A stretch of DNA of 64,000 bases from Salpingoeca rosetta. Lineage: Eukaryota; Protista; Choanoflagellata. This document shows, piece by piece, positions 37,401-48,900 of this stretch. The translations under genes and the position numbers were made by a program. Under the pieces are notes generated by a model that did not search any database, was not told where the DNA came from, and saw only the letters and a program-made list of their open reading frames with translations. The stretch's first letter is position 1. Each line of letters begins with the position of its first letter. The DNA lies in NCBI GenBank assembly GCA_033442325.1, contig JAWQFM010000012.1, forward strand, positions 1 through 64,000. Reading direction: 5' to 3'.

Positions 37401-40400
37401 TTGTGTGTGCATGTGTGTGTGTGTGTGTGTGGTTGTGTGTGCATGTGTGTGTGCGCGTGACAGTGCGATCGCATCTTCTCGCGGTTCTACTGCTCCGCCC
37501 TGGACGGGTGCCGCTACGATCCGTACACATACCGCTGCGTGGAGGTGCGCTCTCTTTCTCCATCATGTGTGCGCGCGCGTGACCTGATGAGTTTTCATCG
37601 CCGCCGCGTGCTTTCCTTGTCACAGTTGCACATGCTCACGTCGCCATCGCCACCGTCGCCACCATTGCTGCCGTTTACATGTTTGTACATGCAGGAGTCG
37701 TCCATCACGGACTGTGAGGATCTGCCAAACGAAAGCATCTGTACACTGGTGCGTATGCACCTGCCAACCAACACCACGGCCATGCATCACAGCCATGCAT
37801 TCGTTTCTTGACACATCCCGTGGTTTACCCGTCCGCTGCTGTTGTTGCCACCGTTGTCGCTTGTTTCGGTTGGTCCACTGCAGGCAAACACACGGGACAA
37901 TCGCACATCGGCCTGTGTCTGGGACGCAGACTATGGCGTCTGTTTCACAGAAGGCAACCCACTTCCATGCAAGGCATTCAAGAATGAGGTTCGAAACGCT
38001 TCGTGTGCGTGCGTGCGTGCGTGTGCGTGATTGCGCGTTCGTGCGTGATTGTATACATGCGCATGCGTGATTGCGTTGTGCGTGCGTGCACCACACCTGT
38101 GCACACCACACCTGCGCGCATTCCCTGTTGCACTCAGCGACGTTGTGCTCATGACTGCTCTTCCCCCTCCTCCCCCAAACAAAACACACATGCATGTTCC
38201 CGCGTGTCAAGACGGCATGCAACCTGCTGCCGTACTGTGAGTTCAACGTCGTGTGCCAGGACTACGTGACCACGACCACCACGACCACTACTACCACCAC
38301 CGCCTACATCAACGCCTGCGACCGCCGCCCCTGCGCTACGAGTATGTGACACCTCATGCCACTGTTCACATCCTCCTGTACCCATGCCCTGCTTACGCGT
38401 TTGCGTGTGTATGTGTGTGTGTGCGTTTCTCATCTGGTGTCGCCGTTACACTCACTGTCATCGTTGTGTCGTGATTTGCAGATGTTGAGTGCACGCCGCT
38501 TGAGGAGTCCAACACGTACGAGTGCGGCGATTGCCCGTTGGGATATGAGGGCGATGGACGCACTTGCACACGTGAGTACAAGTGCATCTCCACTTCCACA
38601 CCCTTTTTTTTTTTTACGTGCTTAAGCAACCGTATTCATTGGCTCAACCTTCCCCAATTTATTTGCCACCACTGTACCCCCCCCCCCTCTTTCGTACTTC
38701 TCACACGCTCATGCACCCAACACACACACACACACAGTTGTGACGTGCCCCTCGCAGCTGTCGCTTGGCGTCGGTGCAGAGTATGCGTTCGCCGACAAAT
38801 GCTTCTTCACTAACTACGGTACGATGAGGATAATGGCCATTTAGAACAGTTATTCATGCCGTGTGTATTGTCCAAGTACCTGTGTTGTGTTGCTCCTTAC
38901 AATGCAATCGTGTACGTTGGTGCCTGCTCTTGTTCTCCAGGCGACGACTGCAATGCGCGCTGCGACTCAAACTACGAGCAGATTGGGGATGGCGTGTTCA
39001 TCTGCAGCGCCAACGGGACTTGGATAGGCAACCTCACCTGCAATGGTGTGTGTGTGTGTGTGTTTGTCGCTCTCCGACAGAGCTTTCATCATTTGTGATT
39101 GCTGAATAGATCAGCTATGATTTTGTTTTATTGCCCTCTTTGCTCCTCACCACATCCACGTCACATCCACACTCCACTGCATCCACGCCACATCCACAGA
39201 GATTGACCGGTGCATGGACGACCCACCGCCGTGCGATCCGCTCACGACGTGCACCAAGGTTGCCTCCAACTCGTTCACCTGCACCTCCTGCCCCACGGGC
39301 TACAGGAACGTCGCCTTCCGCCCAAAGACAAAGTGCATGAACATCAACGAGTGCGAGGAGCAGCACCCGTGCCACCCGCGCCGCAACTGCACAGACACAA
39401 TGGGCAGCTTTGAGTGCGGCAAGTGCGAGCCCGGTTGGCGCGAAGTGAACGACCGCGAGTGCGAAGACATCAGGGAGTGCACGGAGCTTGAGCCGTGCTA
39501 CCCGGGGGTCAAGTGCACGGAGACCGACGGCAGCTTCGCGTGCGGCAAGTGCCCCACGGGATACACGGGCACGGGCGTGGGGCCAGACGGGTGCGAGATT
39601 GTCCGCTGCCCCTTGGATGACGTGCCGTCGTATGAGAACGCGGACGTCGACTGCGCGGGTAACGTGTTTGACAGCACGTGCACTGCCACGTGCAAGGAGG
39701 GCTACTCGAACAGCGAGGCCACCATCCAATGCAAGGCGGACGGGCAGTGGACCACGCCCTCGCTCACGTGCTCCAAGCTGCCGTGTGCCAACCAACCAGA
39801 CGCGTCGTTGCTGCCCATTGGCGTCGTCAACCCGCAGTGTGCCGGCCGCCATCAGTGCACGCTCGAATGCAAGGCCGGGTACCGCGGCGAAGGAAACCCC
39901 TCCCTCACCTGTCCGACCACCGCGTGGGTGGGCGACACGGAGAACCCGTTCACGTGCGTCCCCTGCGACGCGGGCTCCACGTACCAGAACACGCCCGGCT
40001 CAACCACGTGCCTGCCGGTGTCGCCGCCGTGTGGGGAGGGCGAGTACGAGTCTGCGGCCCCAACGACGTCCACAAACCGCCGCTGCCGCGCTGTGAAGGA
40101 CACGTGCAGGGAAGACTTTGAGTACTCGACGCAGGACCCGACACCAACGTCCGACCGCGTGTGCAGCACGTGCACGGCGTGTCCCGTTGGCCAGTACCGC
40201 AGCGGGGGCTGTGATGGGCTCTTTGATGCACAGTGCGCGGCCTGCTCCACCTGCGGCGGCTTCTCGTACGAGCTGCTGGCGTGCACACAGCTGGCCGACA
40301 CCACGTGCGCCACGTGCCCATTCGGCACCTTCTACTCCCGGGCCAGCAGCAGGTGCCAGGACCAACCCTACTGCTTCGTCGGCCAGATTGAGGCCGTGTC

Positions 40401-41876
40401 GCCAACGCCCCTGCGCAAGCGCAATTGCACGCGTGTTCGCATCGACACACCGCCACCGCCCGGCACCGTTGCGCGCGTGTACACCATCACGCTGACAGGC
40501 ATCGACGGCACGCTGCCGCTCGATGTGGGCGTGCTGCTTGTGGAGTCTGTGCGCCGCGTGTTTGTGTGGGCGGACGTGGACGTGCGCGTGGGCATCCTGA
40601 GCGTTAACGTCGGCACCAACGCCCGCCGCCGCCGGTCGCTCGAGTCGGAGGTGGTAGTTCGCGTGGAGGCGAGCGAGGACGATGCGTCTGCGGTGGACGG
40701 GACGGACGTGTCTGCACAGTCGTTGCGTGCAGCCATCAGCGCCGTCGCCAGCGATACGCAGGGGGACTCGAGCGTGTCGCGTGCGCTTCGTGAGGCCGCA
40801 GCTGCCCTGCTGGAGTTGGAGCCGGAGAGCGTGGGGGCGAGCAACGTGCAGCCGTCGTCTACTGCTGGGACAACCAACCAGCAGTCGACAACAAACAGCG
40901 CCGCCACCACCGATCCGCAGTCGAGCCAGAGCGGGTCAGTCAGTGCACATGTTGGCTTTGTCTGTTTTGTAATGTGTGTGTGTGTATGTTTGTGTTGTGT
41001 GTATGTTTGTGTTGTGTGTATGTTTGTGTTGTGCGTGTATTTGTGTTGTGTGTATGTTTGTGTTGTGCGTGTATTTGTGTTGTGTGTATATTTGTGTTTT
41101 GTGGGTTGTATGCGTGCGTGCGGGAGTGCCAGGTGTGTTTATTGCGTGTTGCTCACCAAGACACTATTGTTGTTGCTGTTCTTCGTCGCCAATGTTTTTC
41201 GTCCATGCAGTGGCACTGACAACACGACGCTGTACATCATCATTGGGTCTGTTGGGGGCGTTGTGCTTCTTGTCGTCGTGATTGCGGTCGTGGTGACGTG
41301 TCGCACGAGTGGACGGTCAAAGGGAGCTTCCATCTCTGGTGCCGGTGGCGCCGTCGCCTCCCCTTACCAGGAGAACAACTACTCAAAGTGCGTTTTGTTT
41401 GTTTGTTTGTGTGTTTGTTTGTTTGTTGGTTTGTTGGCTGGTTGGTTGGTTTGTTTGTGTGTTTGTTTGTTGGTTGGTTTGTTGGTTGGTTTGTTGGCTG
41501 GTTTGTTTGTTTGTTTGTTTGTTTGTTTGTTTGTTTGTTTGTTTGTTTGTTTGTTGGCTGGTTTGTTTGTTTGTTTGTTTGTGTGAATGTTCGTGTGTAT
41601 GTCGTCGCATGTGTTCCAGCTTTGCGGTTGCCATGAATGGCGCTTGTTATGCTTTCATTGATGCGCATGTAGTCTTCCTCCTCGCCCTGCTCCCTACTCA
41701 CTCACCAACAATCACACCCCACAACCAATCCAAACTCCAAACACACGTGTTGTAGTGTGCATGAGTTGATGGCGATGAAGACGCTGGAGACGACAGCGCG
41801 GGCGCCGGTGGCCACACGCGCAACGCGGCAGGGATCCTTCTACAGCTCCATCACCCAGGCTGCATCGGAGATCTGA
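29558..41876 (+). CDS. Giant Cys-rich type I receptor: many short Cys repeats, Thr stalk, EGF/EGF-Ca, CCP, TNFR/GCC-like, SEA-like with RRRRS, TM, short tail ending ASEI
   Basis: Signal [14 protein letters not shown]. More than 25 small Cys-rich exons. Large exon ~39200-40933 ([24 protein letters not shown]). [24 protein letters not shown]. Last exon 41756-41876. Confidence 0.7.
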
Positions 41877-42454
41877 TGTGCACCTGCCATCACCACAACA
41901 TGCTTTGTGTTTCACCCCAAACGCACTCTGCAATCACACACGCACACGTACACGCACATGACTCCTTCTGTTCCCCACATGAACCAAACTGCCAAAACAA
42001 CGACCAAACCACACAACCAGCCCCTCTCTTACTGACCATGCCCCCGTTCTGTGTCTGCACACCTGCGTTGCGCCCAATGTCGCCACCGCAATTGCCCCAA
42101 TGGCAACAACACCTTCTGTACTTGGCCGCGACGGGTTCATCATTTCTCTTCTCCTTTTCTGTTCATTTTTCAGTTAGTCAAGTCATACTTCACCAACCCA
42201 AATAATGACTTGCATGCACACACGAGCGAAGGCCAAGAAAACCAAGCAGCACGACGTGGCAGTGGCTGAAGAGGGGCGGTGGTAGTGGTTGGGTGGAGAG
42301 GGGGGGGGGGAGGCAACATTGATTGAATAACAGGAGTTGGTGGGGCGAGCAGAAATTGAAAGAACAATCGAGCACAAGAGCAAGAGTTATGTGTGCCTGT
42401 GTGTGTGTGGTGGGGGGGGGGGGGGGAGGGGAGTTTCTGGGTGGGTTTATGGAG

Positions 42455-42695
42455 TTACTTGACACCTCGAACACGACGGACAAATAGGGCGGAGAGAAGA
42501 AAGTAGGCTGCGGTGATGGAGAAGAGAACAATGTATGCAGCAGGGCAGTGCGCCTTCTTGCAGTGGTTTGGCGATGTGCTGGGCCCGGAGCACGCGACGC
42601 GCGTGATGCCATCACGAATGGCACCGCCTGCAGGATGATGTAAACGTGACACGGTGTCCGTGTGTGTGAGTAAGTGTGTGAATGTGGGTGTGTGC

Positions 42696-42782
<87 letters not shown>

Positions 42783-43979
42783 TGAGTGAGTGAGTGAGTG
42801 AGTGAGTGAGTGAGTGAGTGAGTGAGAGTGTGTGTGTATGAGTGAGTGAGCGAGAGAGAGAGATAGAGAGATAGAGAGAGTGAGAGTGAGAGTGAGAGAG
42901 AGAGAGTGTGTGTGTCAATCGTGTGTTCGAAAGAGCAGTGTGCCGTATTGGCGGCAAAAGCAGCAGCCGTTTGCAAATTGCCCTCACCAATTGGGGTGGC
43001 GATGAGTTGTGGCAGGACAAGAGCCTGGTGCCAGATGGCGAGATCCTTGGCCCTGTCCCGTTCGTTTGGCAGCACGTCAAGCACCAGCGCAAAGTCGACA
43101 GACGTGAAGCAGCCGTACCCCGCGCCAAACACGCCCGCAACCGCCAGGCACGCGTAGAAGCTGCGCACGAAGACGAGGACAATTGTGGACACGCTCATGA
43201 TGAGCGCAGCGCCAATCACAAACCGCTTTCGCTTTCCCCCGCTCCTGTCACTGGCCTGTTGTCGTGTCGGGGTGGTATCAACAGGTGTGTGTATGTGTGC
43301 GTGAGCAGTTAGGTGTGTGTGTGTGTTTGTAAGAACTGGAACACACTACATTGTAGCTTGAAGATGTGGACAGCCGCATGAACACACAAGCACGCACACA
43401 CGCAACCAAATCACAACATACACACACGCACAGAAGAACCACATGCAGCAACACTTGGATCCCGCCCCGCCCCACGCCACCGCATCGCACCATGCCGGAG
43501 AGGACGGAGGAAACGCCGGCGCAGATGAAGAGCGGCACGAGCGCATACGCGACGGCCTCCTCCGATCGCAGATCGCCGGGCAGATCAACCTGGTCGTGGA
43601 AGTACAACTCAAGAAAGAACAGCACCGTCGCCAGCCCTGCATGCCACAGGACGGATGTGGGGAGAAGGGGGAAAACGTTGAAGCGTGTGGGTGGGAAAGT
43701 CAGGGTCTGCAGCCGTGCATATACAAGCACATGCAGCGGTACACACATTCACACATTCACACACCTTGCTGCATGAGGAAGCGGGTGAAGAAGACCCAGC
43801 GAAAGTCGTGGTGCTTGAGGGGCTCGACATATGTGAGAACAAAGTTTGAGCACCCGGACCGCTTCGCTGTTCCGCTCTTACGCCACTGCTGCGACTTTGG
43901 CGGCGGGTCCTCAGGCTGTGAGGGAGGTGGGCGAGGGGAGTGAGTGAGTGAGTGAGTGAGTGAGTGAGTGAGTGAGTGA

Positions 43980-44056
<77 letters not shown>

Positions 44057-44445
44057 CGAGGGAGTGCTGGAGAAATTACGCTGATTGTAACAAACACAGG
44101 TGCTGGGTGGCTGGTTGCAGTGCTGTCTGTACAATCTTTGCAGTATACCTGGCTAAACACAACGACGAGCACGCTGGCGGTGACGAGAATGGAGAGGATG
44201 ATGTAGATGTGAAGAATTGTCAGGCTCGACGCAAACAAGAAGCCAACACTGGCACCTGTAGATTGACAAGGCAACATCAAAAAGGGCATAATGAGTCCTG
44301 CGCAGCACAGCGAGCATGGTCACGAAGTCCAAGCGTATCAAGCACACAGCACACAACACAGGCGTGCATGCATATTCGCAAACCCGCATACCCACATGAC
44401 TACAAGTACGCACGCATGCACACATGGCGACAAGCACCCAAACTA

Positions 44446-44513
<68 letters not shown>

Positions 44514-44814
44514 CACACCAAGCAGGTTGCCGGTGACGGTGAGGATGCCGTTCATGCCGGATCCAAACCCGCGCTGGGCTGGTGGTGTATGGTCGGCGAT
44601 CAACCCCGTATATGGCGTGCCAATCAACTGCATGTAGTTGATTCAATTCAACAAGCACCACATAAAACCCCCACGAATGCACGTAGCACTGTGAGACATC
44701 GTTCATTCCGACATACACAACACAGCACACACACACACACAAAAAAAAAAAACCAGCACACACACACACACACACACAAAGCAGCACACCCACCCACCCA
44801 CACAAAACACAAAG

Positions 44815-44852
<38 letters not shown>

Positions 44853-45576
44853 CACAGCACACACACAAAGCAGCACACACACACACACGCACACACACAT
44901 ACACAACACATGTACACATTCACTCACAACAACACTCAACCTGGTAGCCGACGGTGGCGAGGCCGTAGACGAGGATGAGCGCCCAGAGGTGGCCGTGAAG
45001 TTCCTCCGTGTCCGGGGCAGCCGTGGTGGTGCCGACAATGGAGGTGGCGTTGTTCAGCTCGTCCTCGCACCCAAGGGGTTTTGCAGCGGGCTTGTGTGGG
45101 TTGGCGAGGCCGAGGCATATTTGTGCAATCACAAGCCACACCAGGCCAATCAGCATCCAGGGGCGGCGGCGCCCGTAGGACAGGGTGGACCGGTCAGACA
45201 ACATGCCAATCAGGGGTGTCACGATTAACAACGACCCCACGACGACAATCGCCGCCAAGCCCAGGCCAACACGGTCGTTCCCCACGGTACTGCGCACCTG
45301 CGAAGGGAGCATCACCACGCCCCAGGCCACCAGGACACACGCCAGTCCGGTCCAGCCGACATTGAGCAAAATGAGGCTGAGTCTGCTCACTCGCCACAGC
45401 GATGTGTCGACTTCGATCCCATCCATTAACCCCGACGATGATGACCCAAGCCCGTCTGTACTGCTCTCTCCACTTAACCCATCATCTGTCAGCCCCAACA
45501 CGTCGCCATTGTCGCCTTCCTGGATCAGGAACTCGTGCATCGAATGCGCGTCACCGTCGCCGCTCCCCGCACTCAT
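42455..45576 (-). CDS. MFS transporter, SLC45/sucrose-transporter (GPH)-like
   Basis: GMLSDRSTLSYGRRRPW (MFS motif A), PYTGLIADHTPPAQRG, HHDFRWVFFTRF, GAGYGCFTSVDFALVLDVLP...AKDLAIW...LPQ. Multiple TM segments. Confidence 0.85.
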
Positions 45577-45922
45577 CGTCAGAGGTGTTTGCTGCGTCTG
45601 GTGGTGGTTGGTGTTTGTGCGATGTGTGGTTGGTGGTGGTTTTGCCAATTGTGCAAGGGTTTGCTTTGTGCAATTTGCAAAACTGGTGTGAGTTGTCCTC
45701 TGCACAACAAAACCCCGCCCCTCAATCGCGCACACCACCAGCACAGCGCACAAGCAAGCAGTCTTCACAAACACACGCACACAGGCATACACCCTAAACA
45801 CACACACACACACACATACACATACACATACACATACACATACACGCACACACACACACACATACACATACACGCACACACAGAGGCCACTGCACGTTCT
45901 TCGCCCAGCCGTCCATCCCCTC

Positions 45923-48900
45923 ATGCTGGTGCAGGTGGTGACAGCCGTGGTTTTGGCCGTGTGCGCCATTTCCACGACGCTCACCTCGGCCGCTGCGCCA
46001 TGCACACCCGCACCGTGCGTGACCTATGACGCGAGCGGCACGCTCATTGGTGGTGAATCGACGCTCACCATCGAGTGGAACGTCGAAGCAGGCCTTCCAA
46101 ACATCTTCATTATCCTGGGCAGCTTGGACCAAGACGGCGCCACTTTGCAGCTGTTCCTCTCGGGCGAGGTTGTTCTCAACCATACCCTCGCCAGCCCAGC
46201 CACCACTGGCTCTTACAACTGGGATATCCCGTACATCGCAGAGGACAACTTGCAAATCCTGCTGCAGATTGCACCAGACAACACCAGGGCCAGCTCCTTT
46301 GTCAGCGGCGACACCTTCTCCACTGAATGTGAGTCGGATCGACGTCAAAGACGTGTGTGAATGTGTGTGTGTGTGCGTGTGTGTGCGTGCGTGGCAGAGT
46401 AAAGGTCACGTGTTGCATCTTTCAGTAACGTGCACGCACGTCCGCACAGCATTTGACTTGCCTCTCACCATCCTCGTCCCGGTCTTCCAACTCTCTGCTG
46501 CTGGCAGTTCCACCATTCGCCGTTACAAGTCCGCGTGCGTACTCGTTCTTGATCCCTGGCGAAGATGTAACTATCAAATGGCAGGTATGCACCCGGTGGT
46601 ATCTTCACGCTGTTACATGTCACCAGTGCGGCTCGCCTAGCGCGCTATCTCTCTCTCTCTCTCGTTTCATGCCTGGCATTTGTCTCCTCTCACCCACCAC
46701 TGACGAAAGCACTCTCTCCTCAAACCTTGAACACGTGTATTCTGATGCCTTGACAGAACTTTGATGGGAATGATGTGAAGATTCAATTGGTGTTTCGCAC
46801 GTCCGAGGGCGATCTTGCGTACCCCTACTCATTATTTGGGGATGAAAGCACGCCAAATTCTGGATCTGCTACATACACGGTCCCTTCAATCGCCAACGAC
46901 TATCCTCAACCACTTCTGTACACGCACAACATCTATGTGAAAGAAGTCGACGGCGGAACGGACGACTTCTTCCTCGGACCCCTCTTCGTTCCAGGTGTGT
47001 GGATCACGAAGCTTCACGCATGACTTGATGCTATCACTGGCAGCTGCCTCCATGCAAGTGTAGTTAAACTCCTCTTGTTATAATCATCGCCTGACGCTGC
47101 TTGCTATTGCGCCTGCAGCCGTCGGATATAGTTTTGCAGGATCGGTCGGCACCACTGGTCGTGCAGTTCAAGGAACCAACATTACCGTGGCCTATACCAT
47201 CGTCAACTTTGCCGATGAGGAGGTTGCCGTCACTATCAGCAATGCAACGTCGGGCACTATTCGACTGGGTGCACTGCCAAACAATTTCGCATTTAATGAC
47301 TCTTCACACGTCGCAACACCTTTCTCGGCATCAGCGACAATCATTGTATGTGCACTCCGCAATGCCTTTGCCTTTTGCTCGATTCCCTGCCGCCGCTGTC
47401 AACCGCATGTGAGCACCTTAAAGATCCCCGCACCTGTCATTCACACACACACACACACATACCAACACACACCAACACACACCAACACACACACACACAC
47501 ACACACACCAACACACACACACACCAACACACACACACACACACACACACTCACATACCAACACCAGATTGAGCCTGGGGAGCCGCTTGGAACTGTGACG
47601 GTTCGGCTGTATGTGGAGCGGATGCCAGCCATCTCGGCGTCGCGCCAGATCACGGTGTTGCCGCCCTGTGAGCCGGGCACCTTCTACAACGACACAGACG
47701 TGACGTGCAACGCGTGCCCTCCCGACACGTTCACAGACACCATCAACCAGGACGCATGCCAGCCACACTCGACGTGCCCTGATGGCTGGGTTGTGGCCGC
47801 AGCCGGCACCAGCACCGCAGACACCCTGTGCGTCGACCCTGCCATCACCCTGCCCATCAGAATGGCAGCTGCAGCACCACCCGGTCTCCTCTTTGCAGCC
47901 TCACCCTCAGACACGACCTCCGTCAGCGACAACACGACAGTCACGTCGCGCTCGCTGCTCACAGTCGCTGCGCGTGATTCTCCCGTGTCCATCCACTCAG
48001 CGCTCGGCAACAAGCAGGCAACAGCCTCCATCACAGGCACCGCCATCACAGCAACTGCACCAACAGCCACGCGCGTACGTGCTGTGCTGCTGGGCGAGCC
48101 CGGCCTTTCCCACAGCCGCCAGCCATCGCAGCCCGCAGTCGTGCTGCCCGACGAGACGGCGGTGAAGGTGCTGCTGTTTGCACTCGATGGCCGCGGCCTC
48201 GCCATGCAAGATGCAGAGTGCCACGTGCGCATTCAGGACAACGCACAGCAGCTAACGGCCGTCACAGCCGTGTGCACCACGTCCTCATCGTCACCCACGC
48301 CGTCGTGCACAGCAACGCTGGCGCTGCCTTCCTCCTACTTCACGGCCGTGCACCAGCTCACGCTGACCGCCGGTCCAAACGCAACAGCAGCAGCAGAAGA
48401 AACAGCAGACGTAGCAGCCACGTTGCAGACAGCACAGCGCGTGGCGCGACCCGAACCCCTCACTGGTGATGTGTTGGCCGTGTTCCCACAGCGACCACTG
48501 CCACGATCCAAGACCTTCACGCTCACCGTCTCTGCACATGGCGGTGCACGACCACTCAGCTCGTGGCAGCTGCGTGTCACATCTCCAGACGCCAACACTC
48601 TGCAGGTCCAGTCCGTCACGGGCGGCAGTGGATGGACGGTGACTGCATCGTCGCTGCCCTCGCGTGATGTTGCTGTGCTTGGCGTTCGCGCCATCGAGCA
48701 GGGTGGTGGCGGTGGTGCTGGTGCTGAGGAGAGTGTGCTGTTCACGGCAGATGTGCTGGTCGGTGCAATGGCTGCGCGCGACGTCGTGTTGAACGTCAGT
48801 GTTGTGGAGGCGTTTGATTCGAGCGGACAGCCAGTCCTCTCGGGCACGGCGCCGCTGGTTGTCGCCAGCAGCAACCCCAACCCAACTGCACACCGCACCT

